A stretch of DNA of 64,000 bases, from NCBI GenBank assembly GCA_024704765.1, contig JAKMXF010000299.1:816556-880555 (forward strand). The letters run 5' to 3'. The notes under the pieces were generated by a model. That model made no database searches, had not been told where the DNA came from, and saw nothing but the letters and a program-made list of their open reading frames with translations. A program made the translations under genes and the position numbers. The stretch is from Oopsacas minuta. Lineage: Eukaryota > Animalia > Porifera. This document shows, piece by piece, positions 42,186 to 56,456 of the stretch; position 1 is the first letter of the stretch; the number at the start of each line of letters is the position of its first letter.

Positions 42186-44711
42186 CTCCTTGCTATGTCT
42201 AATAATAGCAAAACTATCTAAATTCATATAACTACTTCAGTTTAATCCGAGACGAAATTTAAGGCGATAGTTGTGATGTGCGAAAATTATCGCGTCCTAA
42301 CCCCAGTCTTTGTTGGACCCAGCTATTCTAGTTTTACACATATCGACCCTATAAATGACCTGTTAACACATTTTGGCTAAGATTGTTCACTCTCGCCTTC
42401 CAAATTTTCTGTGATTTTTATATTTTTGATAAAAGATGCATGTTGAAGAAAAAAATCGCGGTATTTGTCAAGTTGGTAAATTCGAAACACTGGATTTGCA
42501 ACTTTCAAGTTTCACATTGCACTATGGATAACGAAGAAATGGCTGTATTTTCGAATATCTAGTCGAAACATGTAAACTATTTAAGATGCCCCCTTAAATG
42601 TATAACCTACTTATATAAATACGCTGACCACGTAGTAGCTTTACTTCTCAAAAATTTGCTATGTCATCATCTAAATACGCAAATATCTATTTTTGGATGA
42701 TTTTGAGCAGACTTGAGGCTGTTTTTACCCTGTACAAAGTAATTTACATCTTCAAAACCTATACTATCATGATATCCTGTTAGTGATTCGAAAACGTGGA
42801 AATTTGATTGAATTTTGACACATTCCTCTGTTGCTATCAAATGTATATGGCCACATTCTAGCCATATTTGGAAAATATTGATGATAGACATCCCTTTTGA
42901 CACTAGTGTATCCACAATATGGACTTCCAATTAATGAGTAATACAGGTGTGCATCTAACTCGAACGGTTAAGTTATTACATTATATGTGTTAAGTGACTA
43001 AATAACTTATTAAACTTTCGAGTTAGGTGCAAAAATTGTATTATTCATGAATAAGAAGTCCCCTATTGTGGAGATAGTAACGTGAAAAGTAATTGTGTAT
43101 CATCAATATTTTTCAAGATATATGGCTAGAATTTCTTCATACACATTCGCATAGGAAAATCAAAGTTTCCACTTCTATTCGAAACACCCACATGTTATCA
43201 TGATACCATGTAAGCATCCGAAATCTACTCCAGATATCCAAAATAGATTATTGCGTTGTTAGATAATGACACAGCAATTTCTTGAAAAGTCAAGCGTGTA
43301 GCAATTACTGTATTTATATATGTTAGTACCTAATGCTTTTAAGGGGTATTTCTTAAGTGATATATGTGTTTGGACGATATATGCGAAAATGTAGCCATCT
43401 ACTCGTTATCAGGGTAAATAAGGGTCGTAAGTGCTCCGCGCCAGCCTACAAGGTATGTGGCGGTAAACAATGGTCACTCGATGGAGTTGGGATATATTTG
43501 AGAATGGAATGTGGCCACATTTATGCGTCGCTAGGAAACATATCCCCAATAATATTCGAGGAGTTTCTTTCGAGTTATGACATTGCAAATACTTTTGCAC
43601 TCTGAGATTAAATTGCCCGAAGTCATAAAGTCGCCATCTGACTTTACATGTCTATAAACTACAAAGATTGCCCCTGATTACGCTAAAGATTCCACAATAA
43701 TGTGTATTAGTTAATGAGAAAATATAACATCGACCCAGAGGAACTAATTATGACAGATGTAATTCAAATTGCTCTACATTTTCTCATTATGACGTCATCG
43801 CCAGAATTCACGCTTTAATATCTCATGAATCCTATATATAGACTCGGGATATACTCATTAAATCTATTATCAGTGTGTAGTATATTGATCATAATTGCTC
43901 CTTGAGATCATAGAGACGAATTTTCATCTCAGATTGCAAAAATCATATTTGTGATGTCATAACTCGAAAGATATTATATCGATTCATAAAACCTTTCACT
44001 GGTATTTTTAATTGCTGACATCTTGCTACATACCAATATTTATACATATATGTTGAGGTTGGTGGAGTGAGTGGATGATTTGACATAAAATTCTCCGTCG
44101 GGCTTTACTTGTAGTTTCAATATTGAAGGAACAGTGAATTTTAGCCCAATTAAAGTATTGCATATTTGTAGGACAAATTTTCAATTAGTATATGCTAAAA
44201 TTTTCAGTAATCTGTCAAATTATTTGTTTAGTATGTATTTATCTCTTAAATATTTATTCTTTGTTGCCTTGTAGTACGATAAATATTCGATCTTTCATTT
44301 CAAATTGAATCTCTACAATATACATAATTTGATTTGGCACGTTTCTGAGTTGCTGTTGAAACCATAGATTCAACAAGTTTTTGGCAGTATCCACCTATAT
44401 GTTATACCTCGACAATCGTTACAATTATTGTCTCGCAAGCATACCCGATACATGGTACATAGCTGACTTCCCGTTACCTAATTATACATTTTGATATGAT
44501 ATCACTTACGATTGTGATCCAATTATGAATATGCCCATATATCGTCATTTCAATATTAAGCAGTATTCTTCAGAGATATATCTACATGTATTCTAAGGGT
44601 ATGAGAAGATGTGTCTCTACTTTAAATTGGCTATCCTGATTTGACCATAATTTCAAAGATTATCGAGTAATAAATGGATAATTCGAAAACATGTGAATCC
44701 ATGGTCTGTGC

Positions 44712-45589
44712 CAGTGCTTCTCAACTAGGGGGATGGCAATACCGAAGAGGGGGATACAAATTTGGAGTGATCTATACCTGGGGTGTGCGTAAATAATTTA
44801 GTCAGAGAAGGCTCCTCGCTATCGCTACTTATTTTATATCTTTGTATTCAGTTCCTCGCTCTTTTAAAACCCATTTGCATTATACGTCGATAATGTTAGT
44901 ACTCAGATATAATTACTGTTAATACTTTGTAAGCGCTACGATGTAAGGGTTCGAAAAGATGGCATGCATCTGACAAATATAAATTGCTTTTATAGGACAA
45001 TAAATACTATGATTTCAATTGTGAATGCGTAATCGATATGTGAATTCCAATAATGTGAATATTATGGCATCCAATCCCTCCTCCGACGTTCCATCAATCT
45101 CTAAATACCTGCTAACCCCGATGGATATGTCACTGGAAGATATGATGGACTTAGACACATACTAGTAGAGGAGTTATTATATTTACAGGCAAATGAGGAG
45201 GCAAAAGCTAAATATTCTTGTGCTAACAAAACTAAATTCTGGTTTTTAGTGAAGGGGTAACACCAAATCTTTTCAAAACAGCTGAAAGATTGCTTTTGCT
45301 TCCATTTCCAACAACATATTTTTGTGAGAAAACGTTTTCTTCAGGGATTTCTTAGGTCAAAACACCGCAGGCAAATTGACTTCAGAGAAAATTTAAGGAT
45401 ATCAGCATCAAGTTATAGTCCAGATATTGAAATATTAGCATCTAATAAGCAATTACAAGGTTTACATTAATTACAGTGAATTTGAATTAAAACAACAAGA
45501 TTTCATATTATTTGGAGAGAGGGTGGGGTGTGCCAAAAGGGAGACTAACATCATAGGGGGGGAAGACAAGAAAAGGTTGAGAACCACTG
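44712..45589 (+). mobile_element. Buster/Charlie-type hAT deletion derivative
   Basis: TIRs CAGTGCTTCTCAAC / CAGTGGTTCTCAAC and perfect 8-bp TSD GTCTGTGC (44704-44711, 45590-45597). A C-terminal transposase remnant (PTTYFCEKTFS..KQLQGLH*) lies near 45300-45470. Confidence 0.9.
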
Positions 45590-48500
45590 GTCTGTGCGAT
45601 AACACAGAAACCAGTGCACTTATTAAAACAGATTTTTCTATTTTGTACAGAAACGGTTTTAGAGCATTTGGTATTTGTCCATTTTGAAAATATATCAATA
45701 ACCTACTTTCTACATGGTTTCAATGATGAAGCACAATTTTATACATATTTGCCAATTCAGCTAACAAATGACATCCTTTCAATCTGAAATTTCACAAATG
45801 TGGTATTATGACTTGTTACATATCAATAACATTTATTCAGTGAATATGTACCAGATTCTTATTAAAATTATCGGCGATTATAGAATTGTCCATCATAATA
45901 TATCCACTTCCTTTTATCCTTTATCAAAAGTAGTTAGGCCTAATCTTTAGTAGGCTATGATATAATTCAAATTATATCACCTGGAGACTAAATCGATAAT
46001 GCCGAATTATTGCCTGTATTCCCTGTCACAATGTATAGAATTGATCCTAGACGCGCAGCTATCTCAAAAATGATCTCTGACACCTGTTTCAAGCATTTTT
46101 AATGTGGAACTTCACGACACATTTTGATAATCTTTAACCTTATATTGACCCGCCTGTAAGGATATAAGTTTGAAATATTTTTTCTGCTCTTGAGAAGACT
46201 TAACATTGGTTCATTTACTCCAAATCTAAGTTTAAGTTTAAGTTTTATATCAATAAATTGATACGATTAGGTTAGATAGTTGGTTAAGTTACAGCTTAGA
46301 ACATGGAATACACTTGTTTATCAATGTTCCCTTATCACTCGAAAATCTTAGGGTCATTTTAATATAGCCATTTATAATACATACCTAACTCCCCAACCGT
46401 GATTATACATTTAGATATGATAAAATAATTGAGCTATCTGAAATGACAATATATGGGCATATTTAGGATTACGTGACAAGGCTACGCGATATCATATCAT
46501 AATGTATCATCTGGGATTCAGGTAAGGGAACTTGGGCATGTTTTTAGATTATATTTTGGCTTTCTTGAGTTGACCATTATTGTAAAGATAATCGAGGAAT
46601 AATTGAAAACCTTCACAAACAAGTGCAATCCATGCTCTCAGCTGTAGCACAAGGACTTGTCAACGTTATTACTACAATTTTCTATAGTTTGTTTAAACAA
46701 GTTTTTCAAATATTTTATTTGAACTCTACAATCAATAATTAATAATTGCGTTTTATGGTGTTTTTCAATGTATTTGGCGATCATATGACGTCTTTTCGAC
46801 GTGATACTTATATCCTAGATGTGGAACGTGTGATTAATTGCATCATATTTGCAAAACTTGATAGCTTCTGCAAATTTAGAATATCATGAATTATTTGTAC
46901 TTTAAATCATCATCAATGCATTTCTTATTCATCCCTAGTCCAGAAAATACTTTTAGTTTCCAGTCCTTGTGTTTAGTAGTTCATGGTAATGATTATTCTA
47001 CAAGATTTTAGAAAATGATGAAATTCATGATAATATTTTTTCGACTACATTAAAAATTTAAACAATTTTTTATTTTCTAAGAGATGTACGTTATTATTTG
47101 TTTGATATGAGAATGCAGATTTGGATATGACATGTCAAAATTCTCCTGATTTATAAATATTTAAGAATTCCCATTATTACAAACCAAACAGGACACTTTG
47201 TGTTTACGCCACCTATGTTACTTTGGTTATAAGTTGCATATACACAATATTTATGTATCGTCAAAAAACATTCACTTCAAATTTTAGGTTTATGGATAAA
47301 TATAATGGGTAGAACAATAGGCGATATCAATGGCGGAAATCTCTGGGGTTCAGTTGCCCCCCGATAATATTATCTCCATCATGAATATTATTTTTAATTA
47401 AATTGAGTGTTAATCCAACTATTTTATAAGTGTGAAAATTTCGCCGAAAACTTATAAGAGGGTTCTAGGTATGCTAACAACTTCAACCTTGGCTAGAAAT
47501 ATATAACTCAATATAAGTTATATACCATTATAAAGAGTGCTACCTAGAATTCTCTGCATTTTGTGACACTTTCCCTTTGTCAACTGTACATATTTTCAGT
47601 AACTATGGTAACTAGCAATTGTTAAATTAAAAAATAATATCCATAGTCTAAATTCAGATTTAGGATATACACTACGCATAATGGCCTTGATTGGGGATTA
47701 TCTTCGAATAGGCATTCTTAGGTCTCTTAGCTATATGGAATATATTATTGGGGTATATGTTATCACCCCTCAAAGGTAGATGGCCTGGTCAGAATTACTG
47801 TATGGCTTTTATATTTGTAAATAAGACGTTATCAAAAATACTTGCTGTTAAATGCCAATTATTAAATTCTCTTAAGCTCTTAACCCTTCAATTTTGTGTA
47901 CAACATACTATTTGTACATTTTACAATATTTGAGGATTCGTGGATCAAATTTCGTGTTGTTAGGCCATATTCACAAGTAGTTGACCCATTTCATACTCAC
48001 CTATAATATTTTCGGATACTATATTTTATTTTTCAAAAGTTCTGGTCAAACTAGAAAATGCACACAATTCTAGGTGCTACAGAAACATCTTATGCAGTTC
48101 CTGCTGTATATGAATCACATTGATATAAAGTAATATATTTTTGTCAACTATGCTGAGATTTCTCATTAACAATTTGAGAACTACTGTTTCCATTCAATAT
48201 CTCTCTTGCATTAATCAGCCTAATTTGAGCAACGTCACCGAAAATTGGAAATTGGAAATATTACTTATTATACGTAATACGTCTTCATTGACAGACGTAG
48301 TAAACTACTTAGTGGTAAACAGGGATGTAGAATACTCTTAAAGTGGCTGAAAACGAAACCAAGAGTAAGTTATCCCTCTGGACCGACTCATCATCTGGAC
48401 CGGCCTAGACTAATCCAAGATTTTAAGCGGTTTGGATGGATTCAGACCGTCCAGGTGAAGTTAATGACGATCTGGGCCGGGTAATGAAATAATCAACCTC

Positions 48501-48609
48501 TGTAACTCTGATTTGAACAATATTAAGTAATTCTGGCTAGAAACATTCCCTTGATCTCCTTCTCTTGGCTAGTGGAGGTAGTAATCCAGCAGAAAGGTGG
48601 TCAATATAA

Positions 48610-49542
48610 CACAGTGTGGAAAAGTGCAATAATAGGTGAAAATTTGACTTCACTATTTACAAAAATTTATGTATGCATTCGATTTACACTATTTCAAACC
48701 TAGAAATATACTATTATTAGTCACTTAATGAACTTATAACATGTCTTACCAAAGTTTCAAAGTTAGGCAGAAATTTGAGATTTGAAAACCTGAAAACCAC
48801 AAATATTTATTCTTCAAATACTCTTGCGATATTTCAGCATTCCAGGATATTTAGTAGTTCAATGGCGTTTATCAGTATTCGTATGCATTTTATGATTAAT
48901 TTTAACTCGTTTGCAAAACAAATTAAATATTTATTTTTTCATTCTTAAACATTTTTAGTCGTCTATCTCTATCCATATTTCAGCTCATTGACCTACCTTT
49001 AGGTCCCCGATCTTACAATGCAAACAATTGCGATTTTGAATAGTTAACAATTTCGTATAGTATATCTTTCTAAATCTCATTTTCAATAATTTCTAGACCC
49101 GCCCAAATCCGCCCACTTATACTTTTCTTGACATTAAGTGCATGGGGACGCCCATTCGGATGAAATGTATTTTTAGGAAAATTTTAATTTTAATTGTAAC
49201 ATTTTATAATTACTGTATTTCTAATTACTTAGTATCATTTTATGGAGTATCCAATGTATAAATGAATTCAGTATACGCATTGTTATTCATGTTTATCAAT
49301 AAATAGGGCTGGTTGGTATAAAACACTCATAAATTTAGAACTCATTTACTCTTGAACCATAATTAATAATTATAGCAAAATACTACAGATTACGTCATAG
49401 TCCCATTTCCAGAAGTGAAAATAATATTCTGGTGCCACTTTTGAAATCTACAGTGTCGATTTACCAAATATGACAACATTTTAACATATATCTTCAGTGT
49501 AAATACCAATTACCCCCAAATCGCCATTTTTGCCACACTGTG
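48610..49542 (+). mobile_element. Non-autonomous RAG1-like/Transib-family element (933 bp)
   Basis: Starts CACAGTGTGG and ends CCACACTGTG, with 5-bp TSD TATAA (48605-48609, 49543-49547). The first about 500 bp are homologous to the left end of copy 3, including an identical TTTCAATAATTTCTAGACCCGCCCAAA. No long ORF. Confidence 0.9.
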
Positions 49543-50559
49543 TATAATATTCGCGAATAGATTGATGAAAAGCTGTTGACGAGGTATTAGTAGATATTCT
49601 TATTTTTCTCTACATATTGAGAAAATGCCAAATATGCAACAAACAACAAATTTGAATTTCTTTAAGAAAATCTGTGTTCGTTAAGTGCAAGAAATTCCTC
49701 TAAATTACATAGTACATATTGAAAAGAATATTTGGGCCTAAATGAGAAATGCTGGTATTTGCTCCAAATGCTTCCACCGCCACTGGCAGTTGTGGACAAT
49801 GTAAGAGTAGGTAATTTAGTCGTTTATTGGAAGTTAAGCTCAGGTGCCTAAAGATAACCAAAATAGTCAGATATAGTATAAAATACACTTTGTGAAGACT
49901 AATTGTAACGAATTATTCCAAATTGCTTCTAATAGTGGTATTCCTTCAGGATAGTCAAATCCTCAAAGAGTAATGAGAAAATTGTCGTAAGTGTAAATAT
50001 GAAAATCATGGAACTCAAAAACTGAAATGGGGGTGCAACGTTTGAGGATGTTGGGCCATGGTGTAAGTCAGTGATAAGATTAGGAGTAACGTAGTTCCTT
50101 GTTCCGAATATCCTAATTCTTTACTTCTAACACAATATCCCCCAAAAATGATATGCAGAAGCAAGAGTACAACTCTATCTAATCCAGTCTCTGTGGGTGA
50201 GCTTCAATTAGATCGAGATAATAACAAAACATTCTCTAATAGGAATTTCCTATTTTTTACGACTCTGATGATGTCACTAACCGGATTGTAATAAGTAAAC
50301 AAGTACTATGAAATTAAAATTGTATAATATTGAATAAATTAATAAGATTCCAATCGTAATAAATATTTCAGATTTCCATACCCAACATTTTGAAATCTTG
50401 AATAGTGGTACGACTTTGGCCGGATTAAGCATAATTCGGGCCCTAACTTCATGCAACTTCAACTATCCCATACTAAAACCATCCCAATATTATAATTAAG
50501 TTACTCTCTAACTTTGGTCAATATTTACTCAAGTTTACTAATAACTGATATTTTCGGAT

Positions 50560-50800
50560 TTTCTTTCTACAAAACTCGAGATAATTTCTCCGTCATCAAT
50601 TTAGTCCATTAGCTCACGTTCAATGGCTACCTTTGCTAGATCAGCGAATCGCTCTGCCGAATTTATTTTGTGTATTAAATTCTTCACGTTTCATGTAGTT
50701 GAAACACCTCTCATTAGTTGCTACTGTGCACAACATGAGTGTCAAACAGATTCCGGCAGGGATATGGTGACATTAAGAATCACTGAGTCAATGTCTGGTT
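50560..50800 (-). pseudogene. hAT transposase C-terminal remnant (ZMYM-like)
   Basis: Minus strand reads ATNERCFNYMKR..ERFADLAKVAIERE..IISSF across frameshifts. Confidence 0.6.
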
Positions 50801-51478
50801 GCATAGATAAACATACAAAGAATATATCGCCGAAATTTACACGATCATTTATGTTCCCAATTTTGTGATTGTAGAATGACATAGATTGAATTGAAAAGTA
50901 CAAATATACTCTACTACATCGTCTTATTGATTTAGGTATGTACAATGTAGGGATGTTAGATATACTACTGTAATTGTAAATTTAGTCTCACTGTTATGAA
51001 TAAACAATTCTTATGTAGCTCCACAATTTTGCTTAATCCATTCATTAACCAGTGCGAAGACGAAGTAGAACCAGAGGCCTTGCGCTGCACCTAATTCAGG
51101 TAAGTATGCCACTGTTTAATAACCTGTGCCCCACCAGTAGCAACTGACTTGCCTTCCACTGGTAACAACCACATTAATTAAGAATGAATCTCGTAGTAGT
51201 GCAATAAAGGACAAAGATTTATTGCAGTCGATGCCCTGAGTCACGGCCGAACCAAATATAGACTGGTTGGACCCACCGGACCCTGTGCGATCGCACAATC
51301 AGCACCTGAGGTAATCTGACTCTGGGTACACCGTACCGCCTAGTACCGTACCTAAACACGAATAGTTATAAGTATAGATGTCAAATCCCCGAAAACTTGA
51401 GGTTAATTCTTATCAATTCCCATATAATACTCCACTTATAGCCCGTAGAGTAAGAATTAAGAATTGTATAATCTATAC

Positions 51479-52220
51479 CAGTGTTTCTCAACCTTTTCCA
51501 CTTACTGCCCACTTAAGTCGTTTACATTTCTCCCACGCCCCCTTCTCGTAATACTGACTAAACATACTATAACAAATTTATATCACACATTTATTTACTT
51601 TGTTTATATATTATCAATGATAATAGTATATAGAAGATCAAAGTTCATTAACAGTTATTTATTATTAAGTCTGATGTTCCTGATTAATGGGATCCCTGAC
51701 ATTGGTGCTCACCTGCAAGTTTTGCCACATCTGGTTCAAATTTCGTTAATATCAAACGTGGATCGGCTGATTGGTGATTTCCAATCTATTTCGCTGTTTG
51801 GTATGTAGCCTTATTACTGCTCTAAGGCCCTTCTCAACTAAGTAGGAAGTAGAAAACGCAAGAATTAGAAGCTTCGTACTCTGCTTTAATAACGGCATAC
51901 GCAAAGTATTCTTCGTTTGCACCCAGAAGCTCGAATAACCACGTTGATTAAATACTATTTGAGCTTCGATATCTGCTTGCAGCTCAGCTAGTTGTTCTTG
52001 AATTTCTTACTCTACCATCTGTAGGTCTGTATATAATGAGTTCATTACCCAATCTGGTACGATCAGCTGGGTAGCTGGGGTAAGTCCATAAATCGGATTT
52101 GCATATCTTCACTCATTGATTCGAGATGCAAAGTATATTACATAGTTAAACATCAGTTATATCAGGAATTGCTTGCAGCGAAGGGAACTGGTAAAACTCT
52201 CTGTGACAATATTCTGCTTA
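51479..52220 (-). mobile_element. 3' part of a Buster-type hAT element, cut off by the mariner at 52223
   Basis: TIR CAGTGTTTCTCAACC at 51479 with flank ATCTATAC. Minus-strand remnants read HREFYQFPSL, EIQEQLAELQAD, FSTSYLVEKG, KQRNRLEI and HQCQGSH*. Confidence 0.85.
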
Positions 52221-52222
52221 TA

Positions 52223-53405
52223 CGAGGGGCACTCAATAAGTTTTGAGCCTGACTATGTTGCGAGCTCATATATAAGTAAACCATTACTTCTTTCGATAAA
52301 TATGGGATAAATATACCTCGCTGAAAATCTTGTAACTTTATCTTGTATACTTTTCAGATAGCAGTAGTTTGTTATCTATGGACCCCTTAGTTACCAAATC
52401 CTCAATACAGTTATCAAGGCGTGATTCGTACTAATACTTTTCAGTTCCAACTTTTGAAAACAATAAAAGAATGTCACGAAAATTTCTGCAGAGCCTTTCC
52501 AATCACAAGGCATCTGCGACAACAGCGACAAGATGGTACAGAGAATTTAAGTCTGGGAATTTTCATCGTTGAAGACCAACCCCGCCCTGGACCACCCCAT
52601 ACGCTGTTACAGAGGGAATTGTTGATTCAATTGAGGACTTTGTGATAGCAGACCAAAATGTTATATATGAGAGGATTCAGCACGAAATTGGCATTTCATC
52701 TGGGGCAGTGCACACCTTTTTACACCAATCCCTTCAGCTATGTAAACTTTGTGCTCGATGGATCCCATATCAGCTTCATCCTGAGCAGAAGCAGAATCGA
52801 GTGAAATGGTGCCATGAAAGGCTTAAAAAATTGAAAAATGGCAACAGTAGAGATGTTTCCAAGATAATAACTGATGATGAAACATGGATCTATCACTATG
52901 ATCCAGAAACAAAGCAGCAGAGCTGTCCATGGTGTGAAATTGGAGAAGGTCCCCCAACACAAGTTCGCAAAACTCAGTACACCAAGAAACAAATGCATGC
53001 AATGTTTTGTAATACAATGGGTGTAAAACTGTTGTACCTCTTGAACCTGGTAAGACAATTAATTCAACCTGGTATACAGAGAGTTGTTTGCCTCTAGTCA
53101 TAAAGACAATAAATTTACAGCGTCCTGGCACAGGATTAAGGGGAACTTTTTTGCACCACAATAATGCCAGATCTCATACATCAAAAATGGTAAGACAATT
53201 CATTGAAGAATCAAGACCACATATATTGCCACACCCCCTTATTCTCCAGATCCAGCACCCTGCGACATCTGGCTCTTTCCTAGAATAAAAATACCTTAAA
53301 GGCAGAAATTTTTCATCGAATTCTGAACTTGAGTGGCCCTTAGAGAAGTGATCGGAGACATCAACGAAAATGAATTTAAAGAAACTATTCAAGCTTGGTT
53401 TAAAC
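52223..53405 (+). mobile_element. mariner transposon, decayed, 3' end interrupted by a hAT insertion
   Basis: TA-CGAGGGGCACTCAATAAG 5' end. ORFs 52642-53097 and 53088-53288 carry WIPYQL, ITDDETWIYHYDPETKQQS and HHNNARSHTS, with a PYSPD remnant. Homology stops at QAWFK (53405). Confidence 0.88.
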
Positions 53406-54355
53406 CAGTGGTTCCCAACGGGGTGAGCCGTTGGATGAAGATGAGCCATTGGATGAAGATTTATTCTAACATTTGTAAATTTGCAAAATACTATTGTATC
53501 ATTAATATGTTGTGCACTTCACCCATAATGACAATTCTAACACGTTCCCCACAAGAAGAGCTAAGTATTCACCATTTACAACCAATCAATGCTTTCAATT
53601 GTATTGTTTCTTTGTTTTGAATTAACAGTTCAGACGGCTTCTTAACAAAGAAGTTACAAAAAGTGATCATACCATGTTATTTCATTAATTACCTCAATAG
53701 TAGACACGATTTTTCTTGCATATCCAACCATGGCTGAAAACCCCAAGAAGAAATCCCGTCAATACTCCATAAATTATCTGAAATTTGGTTTCATCGCTTC
53801 ACCTACTAATCAACGATTACCCTTTTGTTTACTCTGCAATCAAGTGTTCTCTAATGAGGGCATGAAACCTTCACGTATGTGCGGCCATTTGACGAAGAAA
53901 CACCCTGATAAGAAAGACAAGGATCTCAAATATTTCCAGACTTTAATCAAGCAGTTTGCAAATCGTAGTTCCATAGATGGAATGATTAACAAAATTACTA
54001 CTAAAAATGACGATGGTTTTGTTGTTTCTTACAATATATTTCTTTTAATCGCCAAATGTGGAAAGCCTCATACAACAGGTGAAAAGCTCATCCTTCCAGC
54101 TATAAGAGAGGTTATATCTACTGTCATGCATCAAGATGCGTCTAGTGTTGTTAGATCAATTCCCTTAAGTAACAACTCAGTTTTGAGGAGGATCGAAGAA
54201 TTGGCTATAGATGTTGAACAACAGTTGTGTAAAGTTTTACAAACGACGGAACTCGCTTTGCAGCTTGATGAGTCAACCTTACGTGACAATGAAACCTTAC
54301 TTATGGCATATGTACGATACATTCACAATGGTGTATCAAAAGAAGAAATGCTCTT
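53406..54355 (+). mobile_element. Buster/Charlie-type (SCAND3/ZBED5-like) hAT, 5' part
   Basis: TIR CAGTGGTTCCCAAC preceded by GTTTAAAC (NNNTANNN). ORF 53730 reads MAENPKKKSRQYSINYLKFGF..CLLC..MKPSRM..HL..LQLDEST..EEMLF up to the insertion point. Confidence 0.92.
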
Positions 54356-54381
54356 CACAGTGGTTTAGAAGCAAAGAATAG
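54356..54381 (+). promoter_or_regulatory. Left RSS-like end: heptamer CACAGTG, 10-nt spacer, AAAGAATAG
   Basis: Read directly: CACAGTG GTTTAGAAGC AAAGAATAG. Confidence 0.85.
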
Positions 54382-55026
54382 ACAAAAAATTGATTCCGTA
54401 TTTGATGGTTTCTTTTCATTTTATATTGTTTAAATGATTCTCATTTAAAATATCTAAGCGATTGAGACTCTAGAAGCTGTAAAATTTCTTCATCAAAGAT
54501 GCGAAATATTTATAGGAAAATTGCGGCTTCATGATTTCCAAATTTAGCCACAATTTCAAATGAACCTGTAAGAGTAATTACATAATCGAATGTTACTAAT
54601 CTGGTATACTTTATATATTTCGACTATGCTAATTCTAAATATCTTGTTTCCATGCCGTATCTTGTATATATTTCGTGAACATAAGATTTCTAAAATCTAG
54701 TAAAATCCATACAGAATTTTTACAAAGAGGAATACTTAAAGTGTCAGGAAAAATAAACAACACAAAACAACAGCGCAAAATGAATCGGATACACGCATTA
54801 CGATTCCTAAAAACGTAATCTAAAACCACAAAACCCGAAACAGTGCGCAACCTATAATTTTCAATGATATTCCATTACAACTTTTCGTTGCTAGGAATTC
54901 CCATTGTAGCATACTCCAACAATGGAATGAAATAGTATTGTATTTCGTTCTTGAAATTTATCATAGCGACTTATATATATAATCTACTGAATAATACAAC
55001 ATGTTTTTCGGAATTTCTTGAAAACA

Positions 55027-56456
55027 ATGACAGAAGAGTTAACTTTCCCAAAGGCCCGCCTCGAATTGGCAAGAATCCTGAAAGACAATAATAATTGTAT
55101 CTTGAAAACGACAAAATATTTCAAAGAACACTTTGAAATAGACTCTGATAATACAAAACTCTTGGAAACGTTGCTGTTAAGAATTCGGAACAGAGTCAAG
55201 AAGGCGAAGAGATCTTTAGATTGCTTAGAAGGAAAATGGTGGCATTCTAGCATTTCCATGAAACCTGAGTTAAAGAAAAATCATGTTTCTGATTTACTAG
55301 AGTCGTCTTCTGATGATGGTGAAGTTCCCATTCATTCAGTGAGTCATAGGAAGCATCTTGATGATCTCTCTCTGCAACAACAGCGTACTCGATTGTCAAG
55401 TCTGCTAGAATGCATTAAGTCACTCTCAGTTATTGAGAATACTACAGAAATAAGCATTACAGCACTCTCATTACAACTATTGGCAAATGAGGAGAATAAT
55501 CGTCAGGTTGCTACGGTAGCCAGAGAGATTATTGTCAGTGGAGGATTCTGTAACCTCAGTAACAAGCATGTTCCAGTTGATAAAGCCTTATTCCTGCTGG
55601 ATTTACTTGAAGTGGGCAGACGAAAATACACTCAACTACGTCAAACACTTCTACCAGACGATATACATTTCCCATCTTACAGCAAGCTAGCTAATCTGAG
55701 AGATGTCATGATTTCGCGATCCAGTATAACTTCATATCCTAATCCAGCTAAACCAATAGGTATACACGCACCATATTGTCTTCAAGTTCAGAAAACCCTG
55801 GAAAGAATATTATCAATGGTAGATCGCCCCACAAGTGAAGAATTCCCACTCACATTTAAAATCGCAGATGGCTTAGATGGTTCTGGTTGTCACACTATCT
55901 ACAACCAGCAGACAACTAATACTTTCACCAAAAACTTCATTCTGTTTTGTTTCAAGCCCATCTCCATCCACACTGTAACAAACAGGATTGTTTGGCAGAA
56001 TAAATCCCCTAATTCACCCTTCTCTCAAAGACCTATTTTTCTCTGCGCTGCGACAGAATGCGAAGAAAATATTCGTTCCTTCATGGAGACTATGATTAAT
56101 CCCGATACAGCGATGTTGCAAAATGGGATTCCTTTAGAAAATGGTGTTGTCAATGTCGATATTATCCGCTCAATGTTTGATGGGAAGATGGCAGCCATTC
56201 TCTCTGGAGCTGGAGGAGCCAGTTGTCAGATGTGCACTGCCACACATAAAGATTTGAAGGACCGGAATTTAGTTCTTGAAGGGTTCCCCATCAACAGAAA
56301 TATCACAGATGCAATCGAGTTATTTTCGCACATTGATGACATTGAGTCGTTCTTTGCTCTTTCGACTAATGAACGCTTCAATTTAACTCATCAACCAATT
56401 TCAGAGATTAACATACATCCGGCATCTCCACTTCATTCATACACAGGCGTATTTAG
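55027..56456 (+). CDS. RAG1-like transposase, exon 1 (NBD-like segment; RNase H fold with the first two catalytic Asp; CxxC)
   Basis: The ATG at 55027 lies in an AAAACAATG context. Motifs: RKHLDDLSLQQQRTRL (from 55348), ADGLDGSG (D at 55876, RAG1 D600-like), PNSPFSQRP, SMFDGKM (D at 56179, D708-like), CQMC and PLHS. No internal stops. Confidence 0.92.

Noticed and set aside
54382-54390. ACAAAAAAT as a canonical RSS nonamer (7/9 to ACAAAAACC)
   Set aside because: It lies 19 nt from the heptamer (not 12 or 23) and has no counterpart at the right end. The motif actually shared by both ends is AAAGAATAG.
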